The position numbers and the translations under genes were made by a program. The notes under the pieces were generated by a model. That model worked only from the letters and a program-made list of their open reading frames with translations, was not told the origin of the DNA and searched no databases. A stretch of DNA of 64,000 bases from Camelus dromedarius (lineage: Eukaryota): contig NC_087447.1 of assembly GCF_036321535.1 (NCBI RefSeq), positions 35,652,001 to 35,716,000 of the forward strand, read 5' to 3'. Below, piece by piece: positions 12,726-27,572 of the stretch. Within the stretch, counting starts at the first letter, position 1; each line of letters begins with the position of its first letter.

Positions 12726-15700
12726 GCCGACGGCAAAGCCTCCATCTCTGAGTATCAGCACCACTGGAGGGTGAAGTAAACATCCTGACTGCTTCCCTCT
12801 CAGATCTAGGAATCGAATTCTCCATGGACAGAGCCCAGGAGCCTGAACTTTTTGAAGCATCCCAGGTAATCTCAGAGTCAGCCATGGGTGGGAGGCCTCC
12901 CTCAAACACTCCTGCAGCCCCCGCAGCAACTACTGCAAACACCTTCATCCCAGCCCTGGCCCCCGCCAAGACAGCAGCCTCTCACTGCAGACTTCTCTGC
13001 GGCACCCTACACCATCGAAGTTAGCCCCTCGCCTTGCTCCAGCCCCTGCAGCCTGGCATAGCATCTCCTTTCTGAGTGCACCTTTCTGCAACTCCTGGAG
13101 GGCAGACAGCCAACAGAAGGGCCTGCAGAAGAGGGCAGCAGGTGCCACCCCCTGTGCCTGAGCAAGCATATTGCAAAGAGGTGGTACCCCAGGTCCGTGC
13201 CATGAGAGGGCTGGGTGAGTCTACCATGTCTGATGGCTCACAGGGGCCCAGCAGCTGTGGTGACCTCAGGCAGGGTGTGATTACAATGCCTCAAATGAAT
13301 GAATGAGAGCAGGTGAGGGAGCCTGAATGAATGGAGGACACCCCTCCCCTGGCTCCTGCCCACTTGGTACCAGGAGAGCCCACCCGTGCCCTGGAGAGGA
13401 GCTGGTCTGAGGATGCGGAAGGAGAAACAGGGTTCCCACAGCGCTTCTGGGAAGCTGAATCCTGAAATTCTTAGACTCCTGAGTGTCACAGCGGCGGAAG
13501 GACTTGGGGGTCATTTAGAATGACCTCTGTCTTTCACAGGGAGAGGAACTGCAGCCTGAAGGGGCTATGGAACTTGCCTGAGGAAGACTAGCTGGTTTAT
13601 TGGCCTGGCTCCCGATCTTGCTCTGGCACAGCAGTCTGATGCCCAAAGCTGTGGTCTTGTCTGTGGCCTCATCTCTCCACGCACCTGGGTTGGCCCTGTT
13701 CCCAGCCACAGGCCCCCAGAGCTGACCTCCAGCTTGAATCATGCAAGTCTGGTGACTGCACATGCAACCCAGACCCCTCACTCCCAAAGGAGGTCAGCCA
13801 GGGAGGAAGCAGCCAGGCTAAGCATTAGGGACCTTGAGGGATGGGTTTTCACATTTAGCCAAAACTAGAAAGGACATTGAGAGAGGGAATGGATGATGAG
13901 AAAGACCCGGAGGCTGGAATGAGGGTTGAAGATGAGGAGGCCAGGGAGGACATAGCAGAAGGGAGCAGTAGGAGACATGGCCAGGTTCTGGAGCAGAAGT
14001 CCTCAAATACCGAGCTGAGGAGGAGCCTGCATTCTCACCATGCATCACCTCCCAAATCCCCTGATTTCTGATCCTCCCAAATCCCCTGCCACTTCCCTGA
14101 ATGCCATACGGAGCCCCAGGGCCTGCATGGCTGGTGGAAGTTGAGGCACCTTCTGAAAACCCTCTTCTTGGGGCTCCCAGAGTACCCTCTTTCCCCGCCA
14201 GTCCGGACCCACACCTGCCATTGTTTCGGGGCCAGAACTTGCTGAACAGGATTTCCAGATAGGTTTTGAGGAAAGAGTGTTGGATGAGGGAGAAAGGGAA
14301 CCAGAAGGAAACCCAAGTCTGGGCAACAGCAAGCCCAGACCCCATCACCCCTGGAGCAGCGACAGGAGGCAGTACTGAGTTGTGGTTTTGGCCAGAGCTC
14401 CCGAGTCAAGCAGACCCATATCTGAACGCTGGTCCACCACCTGTGAGCTAAGTGACCTTGGAAACGTTCCTTAACCTCTGTGAGCCTCGCAGCCTCATCA
14501 GTGACACTGGTGTGATAATAATGACACAGATCCATGGGCATTTGTGTGGGAATCTAATACGAATATCTACCTCAAACCCTTCCAGCTGTCTGACACTAGG
14601 AAGGGCTTTAGTAAACAGCAGCCTTTAGTACTGTGACTCAAGAAAGTAAGGGGCTTCTCAAAATCCTGCTTGGGGGACGATGAGAGCAGGATTTGGGCCA
14701 AGTCTGGGTTGATTGGCTAATGGAGGTCCTACGATAGGGGTTGGGAAGGGAAGTGAGAAGCCAGGTCACTACTGAGTCTCCCTCCGTCAGGGGAGGAAAT
14801 CAGAGGAGTAAGTAGAGGAGAACAATGCGTCCAGGTGGGGTTTGATATTCTTTTAAATCTGAGCCAGAAGAAATGCAAATGGCCAGGCCCTGGGCCAAGA
14901 GGATTCTTGGGCTGTGAGTTTGAGCCACGCTAATCTGCTCTGTGGTCTTAGGCAGGTATCTTCCCTTCTCTGAGTCTGTTTCTCCTCCAGTGGATGAGGG
15001 TAGTGGTTAGAGGTGGCCTGGGAGCACCCAACAGTCCCGTGCATGTGAAAGGTGGTCCCTCCCAACCCAAGGGGTTCCCCTGAATTAAGACTAGGCATCT
15101 AACTGTCCCTGGAGCCTCTCAGGCCCTCCTTTTCTGGGAGCCTGCACCCAGGGAAGGAAAGCTCAGGCCAGGGGTATGGCCAGGCTGGCCCATAGGCTGA
15201 TGGAAGGCAGTGGCTTGAGGCCCTGACCTTTTGGTCCAGAGTGAATACACTGGTCATGGGACTGCTCAGAATAGCCATAGCACTATATTCAGCTGTCTTG
15301 GGAGGCCCCAAGATCCCTGGCCCAAGCAGCGGGCCCTGGAACGAGCCCCCACCAGCTCCCCTCCCCCACCTCTGAGGCAACAGGCCTCCCTCTCTGGGAG
15401 GCTCAAGCCAATCTCCTCCAAAGCTCTGGTGGATGCCAGACGGCCCAGAGTTAGGGAGCACAGACACCTGCCCCTAGAGTGCCAGACTCCAAACACTCCC
15501 TAAGGTGTCGTAAGGTGGATGGGGCTCCCAACCACTGAGCCAGGAGTTAGAGACCTGGGTTTCTGAACCAGTCCCCCAGGTAACTTGTTCACATGTGACC
15601 TTGAGGAAAGCACTCCTCTCTGGGCCTCAACTTCCTCATCTGTCATAATAATAGCTCCTATTATACTGAGTATGTAAAAAGTTTAGTTTCTGGAGCCAGA

Positions 15701-15779
15701 GACAAACAGGAATCAAACAAGGCTCTTAATGAACATTTCATTAAAAACCAGATAGCTTCTCTGAAGGAAAAAACACTGG

Positions 15780-16290
15780 TTCTGAACCCTGACCCAGCCT
15801 GTGGGGTCTAGGAAGGCATTGCCAGGAAAATGATGTTTGCAGTGGGGTGTCAAGGTTGAAGAGGGGTGAACCAGGAGGAACGAGTGCTCCAGAGTAAACA
15901 GCATGTGCAAAGGCCCCAAGGCAGGGGGACCTGGCACATACAAGAAACTGAAATGAGGCCAGTGTGACTGGAGATCAGTGAGCGATGGAGAGAACCAGGC
16001 CAGGGGAGACTGGAGAGGTGGGCAGGGCCTAAGGGGCTACAGTATGGGCTGGGGACGCACCAAAGGTTTTTAAGCAGACAAGGAGGTGAGCTGACAGATC
16101 TGTGAGTTGAAGAGACCTCTGCAGTTGTCAAGTGGAGGATGAACTGGAGGGACCAGGAGTTGGAGGTGGGACAGCAGTCAGGAAGCTGCAGGAGAAGTGT
16201 GCCTGAGGGAAACAATGGTGGCTTGAACCAGGATGGTAGCTATGGAAGCAGAGGGCAAAGGATGGAGTATAGAGAGAGTCATGAAGTAAA
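15780..16290 (-). mobile_element. L2 fragment
   Basis: aacagcatgtgcaaaggccc...ttttaagcag...atggtggcttgaaccaggatggtagc. Confidence 0.65.
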
Positions 16291-17854
16291 ATGATGATAC
16301 AAGCAGTAGGAGTAATAATAGCAGCCAACATTTATTGAGCACTTACTGCATGCCAGACCCCAGGGCTTGGGACTCTCCACATATTACCTCAGTTAATCTT
16401 TCCATCAACCCTCTGGGGTAGGTTCTATCATATGCCCATTTTAGAGGCAAAGGGCTGAGAGACTCTGACTAGGAGACACTTGGTTTGTGATTTTCATTAC
16501 TGGGACCGGAGCTAGAATACCTTTCAAAGATATGAGGGTACCTGTAAAAGCATCCTAGGAGGGAGAAGAACTGAATGGGGGTCACACTGTGGCAGGAGCA
16601 CTTGGGGTGGCTCATGCCCACCCTTTCTCCTTGCTCATGGGCCTCCTTCGCATGTTACCATGACTTGAAGTGTGGTCCTGATATGGGGGAGTGGGCTCTG
16701 AGGTAGGGGGGCCCTCAGATAGCACCTCTGTCCCCAATCTCTCCACATGCCAAGCCAAGACTCTAAGGCCCAATGTCAGCTAGGACCCAAGGGAGGACCA
16801 GAAGTCTCTGGCTGGGCTCTCCACCCCAGCTGCCAGGGGAGATTCCTTCCCAGGGAGTGGAGGAGGAAGAGGAGGACGGCACCAGGTCCCAAAGAGGTGG
16901 GGACAAGGCAGAGAGAGACCTGGCATCAGAGGGGAACTGGGCAATGGGGTAGATGGAGGTGGAGCTTCTCAAGCTTGGGGCCACTGGCACTTCTTTGTCA
17001 CTGAAAAGTCCAGTGTCTTTGGAGGATAGATGTCACCACACACACACACACACACACACAGAGACACACATACACAGGATACTGTGTGGCTTGCCACACA
17101 GGGACCGCCACTGGTGGTGTGTGACTTGACACAGAAAAATGTTCCTGATGACAACATGCAAATCATAGATAAAAGCCAAGGGCCTCAGACTTGCACTAGT
17201 CCCCAAAGAAGAGAGGAGGGTGGGTTTTAAGCCAGGGCAGCCCCAGGCTTCACCAACACAGCCTGGCTGCTCCCACACCTCCACAGCTTTGCACGCTAGG
17301 CCTGCCATCCCCTGCCCTCTGCCTGGCTAATTCCTACTTGTCTCTCAAAGCTTGCTACAGCATTACCTTCTTGGGGACAAAAATTACTCTCATAGCCCCA
17401 AAAAGCTGCTTCACAGTCCTTACCACAAAGTGTCATCATCATCCTTTGCTTGTGTGTTTCTGGGGCACCACCCCTCACCACAGAACACAAGCTGGGCTCC
17501 TCCTGCCCCAGCTTACCTCCCCACGCCTGACCTCCCTTGGCCTGGGTGCCCAGGAAACCATGGGAGGAGAGAGGGGCCAGGGAACCAGCTGCTGCAGCTA
17601 GTGTTGTCACCCCCGAAGAGCTCAGAAGGGATCTCTCGCCCTAACCAAACAGCCCCTATCTCCCAGGGCCACCACCAAGTCCTGGGGAGGGATGACCTCA
17701 CTGCCTGGCCTGTGCACCCACCACTGGTCTGGGAAAGAGCAATATTTCTACTGAAGATGGGAAATGGGGGGCAACACTGTTCACTAAGGCAGCTCAGGAG
17801 TCCCAGGAGATACAGGCAGCAGGCAGGAAGCTGGTCTGGAGTTTCATCTTCCTC

Positions 17855-18500
17855 AAGGCACACTCACACTGGGACAACGCCCCTCTCACATACAAACACA
17901 CCCAGCGGCACTGACACACAGGTTCTCACACACACACGGTCTGTGTCACACATGGGTCCCCTACCCCACACAGCTTCACACACAGATGGTCTCGTGCACA
18001 AAGCCTCACATGCAGAGCTTCAGAGCTTCACAACTGTCACACATAGAAATACACTCACGCAGCAACACACTCACCTCAGGTCTCTCACATACCCCGAGAA
18101 TCTCTCTCTCTCTCTCTTTCTCTCTCTCTCACTCACTCACACACACACACAGAGCATCTCGTACACATACAGGCTCTCTCTTATATACACACTCTCTCCC
18201 ACGCAGTCTCATTCTCACACACAAAGTCCATCTCTCAAAACACACAGTATCTGTCTCTTTCACACTCACGCAGAATTTCTCTGATGCAGAGACTCAACAG
18301 AATCTCTCTCACATAGTCAGTCTCAACACACAGAGACACACACACACCACACACCGAGTCTCACTCACACATATTTTTATTCTCTTATGGTCTTTTTCAC
18401 ACACATGAAGAACCCCTCACACCCACACAGAATCTCTCTTACACAGACTCTCACACATACAGCTTTTCTTTCATGCACATCTACAATGTCACACACAGGA
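17855..18500. repeat. CA/CT-rich low-complexity tract
   Basis: Degenerate cacac/ctctc runs. Confidence 0.85.
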
Positions 18501-20734
18501 TTCCGCTCTAGAATCCAGAATAAACATTTAAATCCTGACCCAGCAATCTGAGGTGGCTTGGGGCCCACGTCGGGGAGGGGTGAACAAAGGTGACAGTGGC
18601 AGCGGCAGAGCAGAGATGGAGGGGGAGGGCGGGCGGGCGGCCGGCTGGTCCCTGCGCAGATGAGCTGCAGAGAGGCAGCGCAATGCAGCTGGGCCAGCCG
18701 GGCGTGCAGCAGGAAGCCCGGGTTCTAATCCCGGCTCAGCCCTCACTTCTCTGTGCCCTTGGGCAGGCCTCAGTGTCCTCATCTGTCACCCTAGGGAGCT
18801 GAAACAACTCTGTGTGGCTACTGGGGAAAGAAGGTGGCACAGATAGGCTGGTGGGGAGTGGGAGCGCCTTCTAACCCACTTCCACCCCACCAGACTGCTC
18901 AGCTTTTCCCTCAGAGTCTGCTCTTCCACAGACACTGGAGAGAGCCAGGACTTTTCTGTAAGGTTTTGCACACCAACGAGACCCCATTTATCCAACCCAT
19001 TTATCTGCATGGGATGAAGGCCACCCCACAGCCAAGGAATGGCCAGGGGCAGTGATGGACATGGGAGGGGGCTGGAACCTGCCCCACATGATCCCTGCTT
19101 ATTTTGAAACCCAGGGGCATGGGTCAGAGCCCTAAAGCTGAGCCCAAGGAGTTGGGGGAGTTGGGCGACCCAGCCTCTAGCTAGGGAGCCAGGAGACTGA
19201 GAGGACAGTGAGGAAGTTGAGTGTACTCTGCTTCTGGGGCCAGGGGGCTGGTGGTGGTGGTGGTGGTAAGATGCTGCCCAAGGTCAAGTGCAGGCTGAAT
19301 GGGCAGCTTCTCTAATGTAGGCCTCTGCCCAGAGTGCTCCCCCACCCACATGTGCTGGTTCAACCTCCCAGTCCCCCTCTTCCTGCCCCTCCCACAGCTC
19401 AGCCACAGCCTCCAGTTACATAATCCCGTGGCTATGGTGGCCTCTGTCAGGAGAGGAGAGGGGACGCCTCTGAGGGTCCCAGTCCCCACTCTGAGGATGG
19501 CAGGGAGCTAGTGGCCAGCTCAGAGGAGGATGGGGTCCCTGGAGACCTGGGTTCTAGTCCTGCTTGGCCTCTAACTTCCTGGGTGACCTTGGGCAGGGTC
19601 CTCAAAAAAAGGGGTTTAACTCTTTCCTTATTACTGTCTCCCACACCATCAAACACACACACATCTGATCTGGGATTTAATATATAAAACCTGCTGCCTG
19701 TCTCTCAGATGCTAACACTGAGTGGTCTATCTCAGTAAAAATCTACTAGGCCTGTGCCTAAACACAGCCTTTTTTGTTTTCTTCCTGTGGACAGTTCAGT
19801 GCCTCTCAGTCCTTTTTCCCCACTGGAGTCAGCTGGGCAGACACTCCTGCCCTCTCCCCTGCCCAGACCTCCATCCCTGGACTCCAGCAGGCAGGAGGGA
19901 AGGGAAGTGGAGCAGGAAAGAAGAGCAGGGCAGCAGAGGCAGCATTTTGGCTGGTAGGGGGTTGGGGGGTGGCTTACACATGGAGGGGTGGGGGTCTCTG
20001 CTTTAAATTCCCAACTCTGACCCTCCCCCTCATGCCATAAGCTCTGTTCAGGCCTCTGAGGACAGAGCCCAGCAAAGGGAAGGGGTGTCTCTTCCAGGGT
20101 AGGTGGCTGCTAACTGGTATCTCCCTTTTGGGCTCAGTTAAGCAGCAAAGGCCCTTAGAATTCACCAGACCCCCTCTCCCATTTTACTGATGAGGAAACT
20201 GATCCAGAGAGGCCATCTGAGGATGCCCTTTCTCCTTGGCAACAAGCTGCTGTCACTAAAGGGGAGTGGCTGATGAAGACACACCCACTTGTCACACACC
20301 TTGTTCTTGCTGGCTCCACCTTTAGACCCCCTTTCTGCCCAGACAGGTGCCAGAGGAGACAGACATAGACAGAAGCCCAGTGGCCCCCTCCAGCACCTTC
20401 GCCTTTTGACAGGGAAGAAGGGCAGGTCTGTTCCCAGGAGCAGATCTCAGAGGGATCACATCCCCCTCCCCATAGCCCAGCCCTCCACCAACTATCAATT
20501 AATTAGCCATGAAAATCCCCCCTTGATCATCTCCCCAGGATGGCCTGAGGCTGCTTCCTGGGGATGAGTGGTCTGTCTCAAGCATCAGACCAGGTTTCAA
20601 GCCATCTTCTGTGGGCCCTGGCTGGCTCTCCATGCCCCTTCCCCAGGAGAGAGGAAGGGCTCCAGTCCAAAATCTGAAGGACAGTTCATACTTTCACCCT
20701 GTTCAGTTGTAGCGGTGCAAATATGCATGAACAG

Positions 20735-21000
20735 GCACTCCTGCACACTCAAACATACACACATGCTCACGCATCCACTACATACTTTACCCACCGAAAT
20801 ATACACCACCACACTTACATAAATAGGCACACACAATCTACTCACACACACAAACACACCCATTCATACTCACACATACATATTAAATTCGGGAAATACA
20901 GACACAGACCTTACATATGTACAAAGCTAGTCACCCTTGAAAAGAGTCACTCTGTTACACACGAACGCTTATGTACACAAACGCGCGCACACACACCCCT
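20735..21000. repeat. CA-rich low-complexity tract near the start of KCNC1 intron 1 (UG-rich in the pre-mRNA)
   Basis: Degenerate acac runs starting about 110 nt into the intron. Confidence 0.8.
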
Positions 21001-21018
21001 TTCAGTTCTCACTCGCTA

Positions 21019-23150
<2,132 letters not shown>

Positions 23151-26100
23151 GGTCAGACTGAAGTGAGAAGGGCGTCGGTATCCTCCCCTCTCTTTCCAAG
23201 TTAGGGGCTGTTTGATCTCCTAGTGAAACAAAGCACCTCTGACGGCTATCAGAGACACCTTGACCTGGACCAGTAGTGACCGCTCCAAGAAGCTCTTTAA
23301 TATCGACCATTCCACGAAAGCTGGAGCCCCCATGACCCTTCCTTGGGTACCCTCTTGCATGGACTCCAAAATAACACTTCCCACGCTCCTCTACACACAA
23401 CACACACCTCTACTAGGTTGTGTTGTCCTCCAAGTTGTCTACTAACAACCCAATAATCCTGGACCCCTATTAACCCCTTTCAACTCTTTTCTGACCCTGG
23501 GCCCTTCTTAACTCCAGGCTGACCCTAGTCTCCCATGAGTGCCACATACTCTGCCATATTGATCCCAGCTCACTGATCCTCCTATACTAGCCTGGGGTCC
23601 TTAGGTGGGGATCCCTTATGAAAGGGGCATTCTGTCCTTAGAGGTCAGAAGAAGCAACTGCCCCTAGTGGTCCTGAACATTGACAGTCCCCCTCTCCCCT
23701 AGAGTTTCAGCTGCCCTGGATAGGAAACTGATGCTGTGTCTGGGGGCTGGATAGGAGCAGCTCCCTGCTGTGATTCATGGCTTTACAACTGACCCTGGGA
23801 TGGGAGTTGCAGTCTGGGTCTCCAAGCCTTCCTAGCTCATGTTTACTGTCAGTGCCTCAGTTTACTCAATCAAGCAATCACTCCTTTATTCTTTACTTGT
23901 TCCAGTCTCCGTCCCAGGCACCGGTGCACAAGAGACCCTGCCCTCCGGGGGCTCCAGGACATCAGGGAATCAGGCGGGTGGGCCTGGGCAGGGCTGGGGA
24001 GATCAGGCCCAGCTCCAGGGGTAGCTGAGCTGAGAAAGAGATTTATTGATCCAGTCCAGCCCAATCGAACACAAGGCTGCCTGGGCAAAAGGCGATTTAA
24101 TTAAGAAGACACAAGGCTTATTTACCTGTCGGCACTTGCTAACTGTGCAGACAGCTGTCCCTCGACACTGACCCACAGACCTGGTTGTGGGCCCGGGGAC
24201 AAAGCTGTGCTGCAGATATCTCTCTCCTCACTTGGCCAGGGAAATCCCAGCCCAGCCCAGCCCCAGTGAAATCTGTGTGTGCTGGGACAAAGTTTGGAGA
24301 AATAGAGTTGGGTTGGAGAGGGGCAAGGGGCAGAGCAAGAGTTGAGGCATGGGAAAAGGACAAGGGGACAGACAAAGAGAGGCAGAATTATGACAGAAAC
24401 AGGGGCAGAGATGGGCAGAGGCAAAGAGAGACCTGGAGTCTGGGGCCAGGAAGGCCAGATGGCCCCTCCTCCCTCCAGAGATTGATCTGTGTTCTTCCTA
24501 TAAATGGGAACTATTTCCCCTTCAATCTCAGAGTAATACAGGGGTGAGAGGACTTTTCAGTGTCCCTCTCACCCTGGCCAGCATGAGCCCCATCCCCTAC
24601 CCATGAGGAGGCTGGACCTGATGCAGCTCAACTTGGCCCAAATTCAGATTTCCAGGGTATAGATTCTCAGAAAGTTCTGCCCCAAATCAAGAAGGTAATA
24701 AAACAGAAATGGAGTCCCCAGAAGGAGGAGAAAAAGATGGACACAGAGAGATGGAGATGCACACATACAGTGAGAAATCAAAGTGGGGAGAGACAAGAAA
24801 GGGGCCTCTTCAAACCTTCCCTTCAGACAAATGTCCAGCTCCTCTTCTCCCCCAGGAAGCCTTCTGTGATTCCACCAACCACAGGGGCCCAGAGTTCCAC
24901 CTCTTCCCTCTCCTGCAAGACCATATGGATCAGAGCGTGGCTCTCTAACCTTCACTACAGCTCATTTCATTTAAAAAAAAAAAAAAAAGAGGACTATCAC
25001 CTTCTCCAGGCTGCTTCTTGCTCACTTCTCTCCACAGTGCCCAGAGCACAATGGCTCCTCATTAAGGGCTGGATGATTTGAGAAAGGCCAGGAGAGGGGC
25101 TAGGATCCTAGAATCCTAGTGTCAGAGGCTACAGGAGTCTAGAGCCCTTAACCAGGGGGAGGGATCTACCCAGAGTTTCTTGGGGAGTCGGTGCAGAGCC
25201 CACCCAGGCCACTCCCCATGATGAGCCATGAAGGGAAACTGAAGCATGCCCCCAGATGCTGGGGAGAAGCAGAGGGAGAAACAGAGAGAGGCAAGGGGCT
25301 CCTAATAGAGGGAAGTTTGGGTGATTAGAAGCCCTGGTCAGGCCTGGCCCTGAAAGGCTAGAAAAAGAGGCAGACCAGGGCTGAAGGGAGGGGGAGTGTG
25401 AAAGTGTATCCATCGCATCTAAAATCCCCTAGGAAGCAAACAGAGAAGATGCAGAGAGAGGAGCTTCCCAGGTGGGAAAGGGTAGCTGCCCATGAGGTAC
25501 CCCACGTTGTCCCACTTTAAGATTCTTACCTTCATCCTTGATGGCACCTCCAGGCCCCAAAGGATGCCCCCCTTCTCTATCCTAAGAAGGGACGCAAAAG
25601 TCCCATCTCTCACTTCCTCTTCACACTTTAAGAAGGCTGGCATTTGCAGAAAGCCCAGAAAAACCAAGAGGGCAACACAGAAAAAAAAAAAAAAAGTGAA
25701 AAAAAGCCCCACGGGGCTGGGGAAGGGAGGAGGAAATGCTGGACCGAGCCTTAGCTTCTTACCCACAACCACTAATCATAGACACTCAGCCCAGTTTAAA
25801 ATCTCAACCCTCTCTACTTTTGAGCAATATCCACTTCAATTCATAGCCATTTGCCCCTTCCGTTGCAGAGGAAAGCTATGGTCCATGCCAGAGGGTCTTT
25901 GGGATCAGCAGCTGGTGGTGGTGGGGGAGATGATGTGAACTACCAACAGGGTGATATTATTCAGTGGTCAAGAACATAATCTCCGGAACCAGACTGCCCG
26001 GGTTCAAATTCCAGCTCCACCATTGACTAGCTATGACCCTGGGCAATTTATTCAATTTCTTTTTGCCTCAGTTTCTTTAGTGTTAGATGTGAACAATAAT

Positions 26101-26714
26101 AAGTCCTGTATCATAACATCTCACTGTAATTTCTCTTGTTTAGGCTAGTGGGTTGGGGGTGGTGGGAGTGGCTAGGGAAAGAGCCAGGGCTGGGTGTGGA
26201 CTAGAAAAATGTGAAGGGAGTCCTGAAACCAAGTTTGGCCTATGTTGTCGCACCTGGCCCTTGCAGGCCTTAGATCTGGTCCTGCTAGGCTCTGGAAACG
26301 GCCCAAGTTCAACCCCCAGGCCTTGGTCCGGGTTGGCCCCTATTATATGCTCTCTCCCAGGCCCACAGCCTTTGCATTCCTGATGGGTTGGGATGCCATC
26401 TTGTGGCCACATCTGGAAACTAACCTAAGCTAGGCACAGAGCAGGCTTGGGGGTGCTGGGAAATAGGGCAACCCACAGGCATCTCCTCCTCAGACCAGAA
26501 CTCCTCCCTCCAATGGACAAGAGAGAGTGAAACTAGAGGTACCGTAGTGGGGATTCATAGTTTGAGCTCTGACTTGGTACCTAACCTGGGAATGGGATGG
26601 AGCGTATGACTCTTCCTTCCTGTGACCCCCTGGGCCAGTGGATCCCAGATCTCTTAGGCCAGGGGAAGTCTAGAAAGGGGCCAAGGTAAAGAATACTCCA
26701 GGGAAATGCTAGGC

Positions 26715-26930
26715 CAGGGTTTGTCAATCTCTACACTGTTGACATTTTGCACCGGATAATCCTTTGCTGTGTGGCCTGTACTGTGCGCTGTGGGATGTTT
26801 AGCAGCATTCCTGACTCTGCCCACTAGAGGTCAGTAGAACCCCTTCCCCATTCCTGACGATTAAAAAGGTCTATGGACACTGCCAACTATCCCCTGAGAG
26901 GTAAAATTTCCTCTGGTTGAGATAACCACT
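26715..26930. mobile_element. MER20 hAT-Charlie element
   Basis: cagggtttgtcaatctctacactgttgacattttg...gggatgtttagcagcattcctg...cccactagaggtcagtag...ggttgagataaccact. Confidence 0.8.
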
Positions 26931-27572
26931 TATCTAGAAATGCTTCGTTACACATCTCATTTTGCTGCTTGCTAGCTGTGTAAACTACTCACTTGCCCTC
27001 TCTAGGCTTCTGTTTCCTCGTCTGCTTAAAGGGAATAATATTTTGTGAGAATTCAACAAGACAGTGTCTCTCATTTCACTTTCTCTCCTTCTCTTTCCCC
27101 ACTTCCTCAGGACTACCCACCGCCTCCAAACCCTCTGTGACGAGCCCTTACCCCACGTCTCTCTCATGGGCTCCTGCCATTCCCAGCAGCATCCTTCCCT
27201 CAGAGTGGCAGTATGGCCCCAGGGGCAGAGCATCAGCCCTCCCTAGGCTTGACTTTGGGGAAGATGGGCCTCCTCTGGCTGCTGGCTGGGGACGGAGGCA
27301 GGGAGTGGGGAAATAGTGATGGTTGTGGTGAGAGGTGCATGAAGATGGTCGGAGGTGCATATGGGTAGGAAGGACAAGTGGGCGCAGGCACTCAGGAAGA
27401 GTGTTCCCAGCAGGAACGGGCAAGGACCACTAAGCTCTCCTGGAAGCAGATGGAGACGCGTGGCCGTCCCAAGGCTGTATTCCTCCCTCTGTGACTCCTT
27501 TATAGGAGCTTATGGATTCTCCGGTGTGTGCTCCTGAGCCAGCCTGCAGGTCAGCCTGTTTGGCAGTGTGTG

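Noticed and set aside
14048..14088. 16-bp direct repeat cctcccaaatcccctg x2
   Set aside because: Consistent with ordinary slippage duplication; no other signal.
17352..18284. 310-aa plus-strand ORF
   Set aside because: Much of it translates a CA/CT low-complexity tract (H/T/S/L-rich); antisense to KCNC1; no domain.
23655..23672. CTCF-like CCACTAGGGGCAG
   Set aside because: One G short in the core, which breaks motif register.
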